From: Candidatus Hydrogenedentota bacterium
GTDB taxonomy: Bacteria > Hydrogenedentota > Hydrogenedentia > Hydrogenedentales > SLHB01
DNA: 24,134 nt
Direction of reading: 5' to 3'
Assembly: GCA_034408725.1 (NCBI GenBank)
Contig: JAWXCN010000067.1
Location: forward strand, 1-24,134
Shown: positions 16,571 through 24,134 of the stretch, piece by piece
How the letters are laid out: every line of letters begins with the position of its first letter
Position numbering within the stretch: the first letter of the stretch is position 1
The notes under the pieces: generated by a model
Told to the model about the DNA's origin: nothing
Databases searched by the model: none
What the model saw: the letters and a program-made list of their open reading frames with translations, nothing else
Program-made: the position numbers and the translations under genes

Positions 16571-18331
16571 TTACGTGGTTGGGATTGCGCGCGTTTCCGC
16601 GCCAATCTTTCGTTCGACCGCGTCAAACTCGCCGTCGCTGTCTTCGGGAATGAGTTTCGCCTTTGCAATATCGTCGAGGGAGGCCAGGGTCATCAACGCG
16701 TTTAGCGGCGCGCCGTTCTTCAATGCAGCGCGCGCATCGTCGTAGTAGCGCAGAATAATTTTGAGTAGCCGCAATTGTTTTGAGAGCGACGTATAGCTGT
16801 CGCGCTCGTCAAACGCGTTTTGGTGCAGGAAATCTTCGCGAATCATTTTCGCGGCCTGCATGAGCAGCCGGTCTTCGTGGGCCAATGCATCCATGCCGAC
16901 GAGGCGCACGAGTTCATCAAGTTCGGCTTCGCGCTGCAACAGCACCATTGCGCGTTTGCGGATAGACTGCCATTCGCCGTCGAGATGTTCGTTCGCGTAG
17001 GCGTCAATCACTTCCTGATAGAGGGAATATGAGGTAAGCCAGTTAATCGCGGGAAAGTGACGCGCGAAAGCAAGTTTGTCGTCGAGTCCCCAAAATACTT
17101 TTACAACACGCAGCGTCGCCTGCACGACGGGTTCTGACATGTCGCCGCCGGGAGGCGACACAGCGCCGATGATTGACAACGAGCCCGGGCGTTGTTCACT
17201 GCCGAGACACAGGACGTTGCCGGAGCGTTCATAGAAGCTGGCGATTCGCGAGCCGAGGTAGGCGGGGTAGCCTTCTTCCCCCGGCATTTCTTCGAGGCGG
17301 CCAGAAATTTCGCGCATGGCCTCGGCCCAACGGCTTGTCGAATCGGCCATGAGCGCGACCGAGTAGCCCATGTCACGAAAGTATTCGGCAATAGTAATGC
17401 CGGTGAACACGCTCGCTTCGCGCGCGGCGACGGGCATGTTCGACGTGTTCGCGACGAGCACCGTGCGTTCCATAAGCGGCTCGCCCGATTCGGGGTCTTT
17501 GAGGTGCGGGAATTCCATGAGCACGTCGGTCATTTCGTTGCCGCGTTCGCCGCAGCCGACGTAGACAATGATGTTGGCGTTGGACCATTTCGCGAGTTGG
17601 TGTTGCACGACGGTCTTGCCGCTGCCAAATGGGCCGGGCACGCAGGCGGTACCGCCTTTGGTGAGCGGGAAGAACATGTCGATGACGCGTTGGCCGGTGA
17701 CGAGCGGTTCGGTTGGCGGCAGTTTCCGGAATACTTTGCGCGGATGCCGCACGGGCCAGCGTTGCACCATGTTGACATTCACCGAGCCAGCACTTGTTTC
17801 GATTACGGCGACGTTGGTTTCGACATTGCCTTTGATGGGTCCGATTTGGCGCACCGTTCCACGCACACCGGCCGGGACCATGATTTTGTGTACAACGAGT
17901 TTGCTCTCTTGAACCGTTCCCAATACATCTCCGGGTTCGACTTTGGCGCCGGCCGTTGCGACAGGAACAAATTCCCAAATGGCGGCGCGATCCAGTGCGG
18001 GGCTTTCCGCGCCACGGACGATGAAGTCGCCGGTGTCGCGCGCGAGTTTGTCCAGCGGACGTTGTACGCCGTCGTAGATGGAGCGGATGAGGCCCGGCCC
18101 GAGTTCGACGCTCAAGGCTTCGCCCGTTCGGAATACCGGTTGACCGGGGCCAATGCCTTCAGTTTCTTCGTAGACCTGGATCGAGAATTCATCACTCCGG
18201 ATTTCGATGATCTCCCCGAAGAGACGCGCTTCGCCCACGCGCACCATCTCGAACATCCGCGCATCACCCAAGCCTTTCGCGACGACAAGTGGACCGGAAA
18301 CTTTGATTACTTCGCCATTATTCGTAGTCAC
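16571..18331 (-). CDS. ntpA: V/A-type ATPase catalytic subunit A
   Basis: Walker A GPFGSGKT, GCGERGNE, ADSTSRWAEA, EEGYPAYL. GTG 18331 is best spaced to SD AGAGGA (alternative TTG 18337). No intein. Confidence 0.98.
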   Translation of the reverse strand: MTTNNGEVIKVSGPLVVAKGLGDARMFEMVRVGEARLFGEIIEIRSDEFSIQVYEETEGIGPGQPVFRTGEALSVELGPGLIRSIYDGVQRPLDKLARDTGDFIVRGAESPALDRAAIWEFVPVATAGAKVEPGDVLGTVQESKLVVHKIMVPAGVRGTVRQIGPIKGNVETNVAVIETSAGSVNVNMVQRWPVRHPRKVFRKLPPTEPLVTGQRVIDMFFPLTKGGTACVPGPFGSGKTVVQHQLAKWSNANIIVYVGCGERGNEMTDVLMEFPHLKDPESGEPLMERTVLVANTSNMPVAAREASVFTGITIAEYFRDMGYSVALMADSTSRWAEAMREISGRLEEMPGEEGYPAYLGSRIASFYERSGNVLCLGSEQRPGSLSIIGAVSPPGGDMSEPVVQATLRVVKVFWGLDDKLAFARHFPAINWLTSYSLYQEVIDAYANEHLDGEWQSIRKRAMVLLQREAELDELVRLVGMDALAHEDRLLMQAAKMIREDFLHQNAFDERDSYTSLSKQLRLLKIILRYYDDARAALKNGAPLNALMTLASLDDIAKAKLIPEDSDGEFDAVERKIGAETRAIPTT

Positions 18332-18346
18332 CGACAAATCCTCTTT

Positions 18347-18370
18347 ATTTTAGATTTTAGATTTTAGATT
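18347..18370. repeat. Heptamer tandem array (ATTTTAG x3.4)
   Basis: attttag attttag attttag att; the reverse complement of the array at 18528-18551. Confidence 0.9.
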
Positions 18371-18507
18371 GAAGAGCATGATGTACCCGCACGTAATAAT
18401 TGCCGGCCTATGACCTGGAAAGAGCTATGTTTTGGGAGCGAGTCCGCGAGCTTGATAAAACGGAGCGCAAGCCTTTTTGTTCGTGCCTTAAACTCGGTCT
18501 CGTTCAT
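18364..18507 (-). pseudogene. Truncated four-helix-bundle protein (23S rRNA intervening-sequence protein / TIGR02436-like), 47 aa
   Basis: Manual translation MNETEFKARTKRLALRFIKLADSLPKHSSFQVIGRQLLRAGTSCSSI*. It matches the family N-terminus (RTK.LALR.I.L...LP...VIG.QLLR.GTS) and stops just before the expected [VI]GANY motif, with TAA inside the heptamer array. Confidence 0.85.
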
Positions 18508-18527
18508 AACATCCGCATTTCGTATTC

Positions 18528-18551
18528 AATCCAAAATCTAAAATCCAAAAT
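18528..18551. repeat. Heptamer tandem array (AATC[C/T]AA x3.4)
   Basis: aatccaa aatctaa aatccaa aat, 3 nt from the subunit F stop. Confidence 0.9.
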
Positions 18552-18554
18552 TCC

Positions 18555-18875
18555 TCAGTCTTTGCCCAAAATGTCAACGCCTATCGATCGCTCGATGGCC
18601 TTTTTCATTTGATCGAAGCTGGTGTGATTGCTGCCTTCGTGCGTTGGAATGATGGTTAGGATTCCGTTTGATCGTTCGCGAAAAGCATCGATTGCGTCCG
18701 GTGCTTCCATCGCGATAGTTTCGGTTACCAATACAACGGCAACGTCCGCTTCGCGCGAGAGGCGGTTGAGTTCCGCGCGCAACGATTCCGCGTCGTTGCA
18801 TTCGACGATCTCGAACCCAGCACCCTTGAAGCCGAGGATATAGCGTTTTTCGCCGACGGCAACTGCCTTAAGCAT
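18555..18875 (-). CDS. ntpG: V/A-type ATPase subunit F (NtpG in Enterococcus nomenclature)
   Basis: AVVGE..ILGFKGAG, IIP, IERSIGVDI; 106 aa, located between C and A. Confidence 0.93.
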   Translation of the reverse strand: MLKAVAVGEKRYILGFKGAGFEIVECNDAESLRAELNRLSREADVAVVLVTETIAMEAPDAIDAFRERSNGILTIIPTHEGSNHTSFDQMKKAIERSIGVDILGKD

Positions 18876-19854
18876 GGGGTTTGCGCAGCCTCCGTTTGAG
18901 TATGTCGGCGTCGATGCGGCTTAACCGCCCGGACACAATCAACTTGAGGTTATACGCTTCCGTGGCCAGCGCACAGAGATAAGCGAATACGCGTTCCGGT
19001 CCGAAGACCTGGCCGCGTCCGAAGCGCGCAATTTCGGCGAGCAGATCAAAAGCTTCGCCTTCGAATCGTTGCGGCGCATCGGCAGTTCCGGCATCAACGT
19101 GTCTGGCCAGCGCCACGCCGAGCGCGCCCGGTACGATCCCTGCCCACTGTTTTGGATCGGCCGCGGCGACGAGGTCTCTGATGATGCGCGAAAGTTCACC
19201 GAGAGGCAGTATGTGGGATGCCGGAGCGCTCAGCGAGCCGCCCGCAAGGTGACTTCGCCACAACACGGTAATACTTCTGAGCAGGGCGTAGAAATCGTAA
19301 TACTCGGCGATCAACGGCACCTGGACTGCGTGAGCGGACTCGTGCAAATGCCGCACGTACGCGCCATCGAGCACCAAATCCAGATGGGACAGCGATCGTT
19401 CTTCTATAACGCGGGCGGCGGCCTGCGCGGTTTCGCGGTACGGTGAAGGAACTGCGAGAAAATCTCTTGTTGCGCATGCATTCAACATTTCCGTGGTAAG
19501 CACGGCATGTTGGAAGGGATACACCGTCTGCCCGGTGAGAGCGCGCTTCAGGTTCTGGTAATCGCCCTGCATGAGAAAGAGGTTCGGCACGCGCTCGTCA
19601 GGGCAGTCTTTGCGGATCGAAGCGACCTGGTCATAGAAATGCCGATCGATAATCGCGCTCCAGTCCTCCCACGCACCGGCGGCAGTCACGGCATCGCGCA
19701 GCGGAGTTTCCTGGAGTTGTCGCAACAGGTCTTCGGAATGTTCGTGGCCGAGCAATGTGTTGTAAAAATCGAAGCCGAGCAAGGTTCGTTCAAGGACGGC
19801 GATGCGGCCGCAAACAAACCCCCATGAAATGGCATTTTGGACCAATGCTGTCAC
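18868..19854 (-). CDS. ntpC: V/A-type ATPase subunit C (d/AC39)
   Basis: WGFVCGRIAVLE..LL, DYQNLK, FGPERVFAY...E..NLKLI..G, I..RLR, plus operon position. Confidence 0.9.
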   Translation of the reverse strand: MTALVQNAISWGFVCGRIAVLERTLLGFDFYNTLLGHEHSEDLLRQLQETPLRDAVTAAGAWEDWSAIIDRHFYDQVASIRKDCPDERVPNLFLMQGDYQNLKRALTGQTVYPFQHAVLTTEMLNACATRDFLAVPSPYRETAQAAARVIEERSLSHLDLVLDGAYVRHLHESAHAVQVPLIAEYYDFYALLRSITVLWRSHLAGGSLSAPASHILPLGELSRIIRDLVAAADPKQWAGIVPGALGVALARHVDAGTADAPQRFEGEAFDLLAEIARFGRGQVFGPERVFAYLCALATEAYNLKLIVSGRLSRIDADILKRRLRKPHA

Positions 19855-19856
19855 AA

Positions 19857-20447
19857 TCAGTTCTCGAACAACTCTGCGGCAAGTTGCGGAGCCAATTCGT
19901 GCTTCAGGGCGTCGACAATCGTTTCGAGTGTTTGATCGACTTCAAATGTCTCCGCGACAAATACGAACCCGCCAGGTTTTGGGAGCGGCGCGGCGGGATC
20001 AAGCGAAACGCGCGCATCGCCCGGACGCTGTGCGTTGAACAAAGCCAGCATGCTCTCCATGACGTTTTTTTCGTCAGGATGAATCCGAATGACTCCGCCT
20101 GCGCCTCCGGAAGCCGTTTCGAGACGCTTGCGCATTTCGGCTGCGTATGCGTCTCTGGGCATCGCGAGGATATTCTTCCTGGCCTCGGCGAAAATGGCGT
20201 CGAGCAATGCGTTCCGGCGCGCGAGAAGGCGTTTGGACGCTTCGCCCTTCACCCGGGAGATCTTGCGCGCAGCGGCATCTTCCAACGCGCGCACGGCAAG
20301 CTGGTACCGGTGCTCTTCGGCCCGCCGGATCGCTTCAACCTCGCGGGCGACACGCTCGCTGGCGTGTAGTTCCGCGGTTTCTACGATGCGCCCGGCTTCC
20401 GTGGTCGCGGACGCGATAACGGACTGATGGATAGTGTCAAGCGCCAC
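19857..20447 (-). CDS. ntpE: V/A-type ATPase subunit E
   Basis: N-terminal coiled coil, GGFV...VDQT.E, LAAELF C-terminus, SD AGGA and operon position. Confidence 0.88.
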   Translation of the reverse strand: MALDTIHQSVIASATTEAGRIVETAELHASERVAREVEAIRRAEEHRYQLAVRALEDAAARKISRVKGEASKRLLARRNALLDAIFAEARKNILAMPRDAYAAEMRKRLETASGGAGGVIRIHPDEKNVMESMLALFNAQRPGDARVSLDPAAPLPKPGGFVFVAETFEVDQTLETIVDALKHELAPQLAAELFEN

Positions 20448-20460
20448 GACGTTTTTCCTT

Positions 20461-21024
20461 CTAGCCCTGTGCCGCCGGCGTTATGGGGCCGAGGTATTCG
20501 AGGACATTGCGCGGAAGCTCGGTCGTTCCCGGATTGGACAGCCAGAGAATGAACAGAATGGCAGCCAACAGCGCGATGACCGCGTACGTTTCGACCAATG
20601 CGGGGAATAGGATCGCACGGCCAGCGGCGTCTTCGCGCCGGGCGATGAGGGCAATACCGGCGGCAGACGCATGGCCCTGGTACACCGCGCTCACATACAA
20701 GGCCAGGCCCGTGCCGAACCCTACCATGAGCAGCGCGAGTCCTGTGCCCGGTGACACGTGAACATCGCCCTCGACAAGGCCGGTTTGCATGGCCATCATG
20801 AACGCGGCGATGAAACCGTAGAATCCCTGGGTGCCGGGAAGCGCGACCATGACGAGCAAGCGGCCGAACAAGTCCGGTTTTTCTCCGAGCACGCCGGCGG
20901 CCTGCTGCGACGCGATTGCGATACCCCGCGCCGAACCGCAACCGCCCAGGCCGAAAGCCAGCGCGGCGCCGGAATACGCCAGGCCGCGGCCCAGTTCAAT
21001 CCAAATCGAACTTTCCATCTCCAT
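20461..21024 (-). CDS. ntpK: V/A-type ATPase proteolipid subunit K (4 TM, Na+-type signature)
   Basis: GCGSARG, LPGTQGFYG, SAVYQG, LVETYA; SD GGAGGA. Confidence 0.95.
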   Translation of the reverse strand: MEMESSIWIELGRGLAYSGAALAFGLGGCGSARGIAIASQQAAGVLGEKPDLFGRLLVMVALPGTQGFYGFIAAFMMAMQTGLVEGDVHVSPGTGLALLMVGFGTGLALYVSAVYQGHASAAGIALIARREDAAGRAILFPALVETYAVIALLAAILFILWLSNPGTTELPRNVLEYLGPITPAAQG

Positions 21025-21130
21025 TTCCGAATGTCCTCCATTCTGCCCGGCGCAACCCCCGCCCCTTACAGCGGTATCGCATTGGGCGCTGGGCCTGTGC
21101 CTCTTACCCCGAGAATACTTTTCCGACGGA

Positions 21131-23197
21131 TCACGACGTCGTGTTGGCGGACCGTTTTAATACATGTGACGGTGAATCGAATCCGAACGGGGTAAACGGC
21201 TTGGCCCCGCCTTCATAGAATCGTCCGAAAAACTCGACAAAGATCAGGCGCATGGCGTGAACGAACGCGCCCAAGAGACTGATTGCAAAGTTGAACGTAT
21301 GTCCGAGGACGAGGACGAGTACGAACAAAACGGGACCAACCACCGGAGCATCGCGCATCAGATCCGCGATTAGGTTCACGGTCAATGCAACGATCGACGT
21401 GGTCAGTGCGAGCGCGAGCAATCTGCAATACGACAACACGTCGCCGATGAATGCGGTGCATCCGTAGCTTCCGACGATTCCGTACAGGCTTACGGTGCCG
21501 ATACCCAGCCTGCTGAAGAGGCCGCGTTGATCGCGTCCCTGTGTCAATATCAGTCCCAAGGCTCCGATGAAGAATAGGGAGAGACCCGCGGTAAGCACGG
21601 GGCCGGGAACCGGGGCGAACAGCGTTCCTACGAGGATCACCATACCCGGCAAGGTTATGAGCCACAGCAAGCCGTCGAATACCGCGGAGGCTTTGTCGCC
21701 TGTGCGGAGCGCGCCGTACATTTTGAGTCCGATGCCGTAGAACTGATTGAGCATTCCGATTCCCAGGGCAAGCAGCAGCATGGTGACGGGATCGGCCAGC
21801 GGATCGAGCACCATCATCGAATCTTTGAGGCGCAAGAGTAGATTTCCTTCGCCCAGGTACTCGGGCTTGTAGAGATCGCCCAGCCATGATCCCATTAGCG
21901 CGCCGAAAATCGTGGTACTGATGCCGGCGTAGAGCAGCAGTTTTGCAAAATTGTTGACCCCTTCGTAGGCGCGGGTTTTGCGCGTGACATAGAAGCCCAA
22001 TGTCGTGAGCGCAAGACCATAACCGACGTCGCCGAAACAAATACCAAAGAACAGCAGAAAATTGATGATGATGAATGGCGACGGATCGAAAGAAGCATAG
22101 GGCGGAAGGCCGAAGAGATTAATCAGCATTTGGATAGGGCGGACATTTGGGCCCGACGTGATACTTACGGGAACGGCGTCGCTTGGTTGTGGGTCTTCAG
22201 CGGTAAGGTCTGCTTCAGGCACGTCTTTGCGCAATACACTTTGAACGGTGGGAAGGTCGCGATTCCGGCAATAGCCCGTGATGACATGGACCCATCGGCC
22301 GTCGATCGCCGAGCTTTTGGCCTGTTGCGCGCGCCGCGCGCCCGCCCAATATCCGTCCAATACCTGAAGTGCGCGCCGATGGGCGGCCATTTCCTTTATA
22401 CGTCTTCGAATCCTCTCGACTTCCTCGACGAACGACGCCTGATCGGCTTCCAATTCGCGAATTCGGTCGCGAACAGAACCGGGCACATCCGGCAAAGGGA
22501 TTTCCTCGAACTGTTCGGATGCAAGCGCGCGCTGCACCGCTGCCACATCCTCGATGAGGCATGCCGCGACAATGCGGACGCGATCGGATTTGATCGCGGC
22601 CTGGGCGGTACGGCCGTTGGACTCTAGTTTATGGGCGGGCAATTTTTCCCAGGCGAGAGACTTCGGGAGGTCTGCACGCGTCTTGAATGCATCCACCTGC
22701 CTTATTGGGAGTGTGCCGAAAAACACCCGGGTATGTTTCAGGCGCATCAAATCAGCCACGTGTACGGTCACATCGGCGAGCGGCGCAATCGCGTCAAGTT
22801 GACCGCGGACTTCCGTGAGACCGCGCTCGGCGGATTTCCGGGCATCGTCCAGTGCGCGGGCTTCCTCGTACAACGCATCGAGGCTGAAACCGTGCATATC
22901 CGCGTCCAGCTCCTTCTGTTCGACAAGCATGGGAAGCGGAGTAAGCCCTTCGATAAAGCTTTTTTGTATAGGCGCGATCTCGTCGAGCAATGACAATACG
23001 TAATGGACCTTATTGAGGTGTTGTTCGGGTTCTTCCGTCGACGCAACATGCCGCGTAAGGGCGCCACGGGCTTCCGAGTGGGTGTCAAATGCATCAACAA
23101 TTTCAACGGCACGAAGGTCAAAAAGCAGCCGGTTCACTCGATCGGCCGAGTGTAACGGGCATACGATTGAGATTTTCTTCATCCGATCGATGGCCAT
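21131..23197 (-). CDS. ntpI: V/A-type ATPase membrane subunit I (a)
   Basis: MAI..MKK, DPSP...FFGICFGDVGYG, DVLSYCRLLAL (essential Arg), HAMRLIFVEFFGRFY.GG. Confidence 0.96.
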   Translation of the reverse strand: MAIDRMKKISIVCPLHSADRVNRLLFDLRAVEIVDAFDTHSEARGALTRHVASTEEPEQHLNKVHYVLSLLDEIAPIQKSFIEGLTPLPMLVEQKELDADMHGFSLDALYEEARALDDARKSAERGLTEVRGQLDAIAPLADVTVHVADLMRLKHTRVFFGTLPIRQVDAFKTRADLPKSLAWEKLPAHKLESNGRTAQAAIKSDRVRIVAACLIEDVAAVQRALASEQFEEIPLPDVPGSVRDRIRELEADQASFVEEVERIRRRIKEMAAHRRALQVLDGYWAGARRAQQAKSSAIDGRWVHVITGYCRNRDLPTVQSVLRKDVPEADLTAEDPQPSDAVPVSITSGPNVRPIQMLINLFGLPPYASFDPSPFIIINFLLFFGICFGDVGYGLALTTLGFYVTRKTRAYEGVNNFAKLLLYAGISTTIFGALMGSWLGDLYKPEYLGEGNLLLRLKDSMMVLDPLADPVTMLLLALGIGMLNQFYGIGLKMYGALRTGDKASAVFDGLLWLITLPGMVILVGTLFAPVPGPVLTAGLSLFFIGALGLILTQGRDQRGLFSRLGIGTVSLYGIVGSYGCTAFIGDVLSYCRLLALALTTSIVALTVNLIADLMRDAPVVGPVLFVLVLVLGHTFNFAISLLGAFVHAMRLIFVEFFGRFYEGGAKPFTPFGFDSPSHVLKRSANTTS

Positions 23198-23206
23198 GAC
23201 CTGGAA

Positions 23207-23518
23207 CTATCCCTGCGTAAATGCGGCTGCGATTTTCGCGGCCTGTTGCTGCACCGCGGTGGAAGCGGCGCGTTCAATGTTTGCTATCGCCAGGCGTGAA
23301 TCCTCTTCCGCCCGAACTTCTTCATTCCGGCAACGTTCGTTGATTTCTGTTTCCAGCGCGGTAAGTTTCGCCGCCGTTTCCGCAGCCAACGCGTTCCGTG
23401 CGGAGGCAACTTCGTGCCCGGCCTGCTGCATGATGGTTTCGGCCTGAGCCTGGGCAGTGGCTACAACCGCGCTGGCCTGGTTTTCGAGCGCGAGAATATC
23501 GTCTATAAGTGTAGGCAT
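23207..23518 (-). CDS. V/A-type ATPase peripheral stalk subunit G/H
   Basis: 103-aa Ala/Glu-rich coiled coil (LIDDILALE..A..VV..A...A..I...A), first gene before subunit I. SD GGAG precedes ATG 23518. Confidence 0.8.
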   Translation of the reverse strand: MPTLIDDILALENQASAVVATAQAQAETIMQQAGHEVASARNALAAETAAKLTALETEINERCRNEEVRAEEDSRLAIANIERAASTAVQQQAAKIAAAFTQG

Positions 23519-23533
23519 AAATGCTCCCGGGGC

Positions 23534-23553
23534 ATCGTGATACATTTCACGAT
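23534..23553. promoter_or_regulatory. Palindromic operator ATCGTGA-N6-TCACGAT (Rex/CRP-like)
   Basis: Perfect 7-bp arms, 15 nt upstream of the first ATPase gene. Confidence 0.6.
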
Positions 23554-23640
23554 TTCGCGTGGACACATAGATACCCCGCACAGGTTCCTGCTGCAATTTC
23601 GCCAGCATCGGCACTGTGGACGTAGCGGTTATGCCCCGCG

Positions 23641-24090
23641 CTACTCGTGACTACTGCCGGAACCGGCCTGAACTCCGCGCCGCCATGCGATGATCCCCGT
23701 CACCATCATCACCGCCCGCGCAATGAACAGGCCACCTGCCGCACCCAACAAGGCGTGACGCCCTGCCGGATCGACGAGGTACGCCAAAATCAAGGCCAAA
23801 CCATACAGCAAGATGCGCGAAAATGTCCAGCGGTAGACGCGATACGGAATTTCCGCCTTCGGAATGGTGTGCAACGTACTGGTACGGCGCAGTATCAGCC
23901 AAAATCCCGCCGCGCCCGCAGCCCCGCCGATGGCGATGCCTTTTGCCGCGGCGGGGTCCCACATCCACGCGATTGCGGTGCATACCAGTGTCAGGATCGC
24001 CGTGCCCACGAGGGTTGCCGTTGCGAACCATCGCGCGGAGGCGAAGGTGTGGGGGGAGGGGCGGAGCTTTTGATCGGGATTCTCGGGCAT
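23641..24090 (-). CDS. AtpI/UncI-like four-TM membrane protein
   Basis: Four hydrophobic helices with G...GG..G...FW and R.LLY...L..A patterns typical of ATP synthase protein I, directly upstream of the ATPase operon. Start at ATG 24090. Confidence 0.65.
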   Translation of the reverse strand: MPENPDQKLRPSPHTFASARWFATATLVGTAILTLVCTAIAWMWDPAAAKGIAIGGAAGAAGFWLILRRTSTLHTIPKAEIPYRVYRWTFSRILLYGLALILAYLVDPAGRHALLGAAGGLFIARAVMMVTGIIAWRRGVQAGSGSSHE

Positions 24091-24096
24091 TGGGAG

Positions 24097-24126
24097 AAGG
24101 TAGCACGCATTTTGGGATGCGAACAA
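24097..24126 (-). promoter_or_regulatory. Sigma70-like promoter TTGTTC-18-TACCTT with TG extension, probable leaderless start
   Basis: The -10 element lies 6 nt upstream of ATG 24090; no SD. Confidence 0.55.
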
Positions 24127-24134
24127 TGTAAATG

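Noticed and set aside
15170-18331. Inteins in ATPase subunits A or B
   Set aside because: Lengths are canonical and the motifs, including GPFGSGKTV, are uninterrupted.
17192-18367. Long plus-strand ORFs (17192-18367, 15821-16705, 1428-2339 and others)
   Set aside because: Antisense shadows of well-supported genes, as expected in GC-rich DNA.
18347-18551. Diversity-generating retroelement suggested by the Avd-like fold
   Set aside because: No reverse transcriptase or TR/VR repeat pair is visible in the window.
18400-18612. 70-aa plus-strand ORF in the F-A spacer
   Set aside because: The opposite strand carries the recognisable four-helix-bundle fragment, and this ORF's IQNLKSKI segment is just the translated heptamer repeat.
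21025-21130. 106-nt spacer between subunits I and K as a structured RNA
   Set aside because: No convincing stem or repeat found by eye beyond the SD.

Overview
GC-rich bacterial chromosomal window, mostly minus-strand housekeeping and accessory genes. In order: Zn-dependent sugar-alcohol dehydrogenase, hslV with no adjacent hslU, an XRE-HTH protein with a long acidic tail, an ABM monooxygenase, a parvulin PPIase with a small membrane protein, a metallophosphoesterase, a tandem alpha/beta-hydrolase, an NrdD-like protein, a DUF4838/PA14 lipoprotein, a secreted hypothetical protein, a receiver-only response regulator, and a complete V/A-type ATPase operon (G-I-K-E-C-F-A-B-D) preceded by an AtpI/UncI-like gene. 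Most notable observations: (1) the 727-codon NrdD homologue keeps two ATP-cones but lacks the catalytic cysteines, finger loop, Zn ribbon and glycyl-radical motif, so it is a candidate nucleotide-sensing pseudo-enzyme; (2) a truncated four-helix-bundle (23S rRNA IVP-like) gene, absent from the ORF track, is bracketed by inverted heptamer arrays inside the ATPase operon, and a similar empty element made of inverted 9-mer arrays lies at about 5.0 kb; (3) the K subunit has a Na+-type signature and the operon has a Rex/CRP-like palindrome upstream; (4) two REP-like families and several apparently leaderless promoters. All family assignments come from recognising motifs by eye; no database searches were run.
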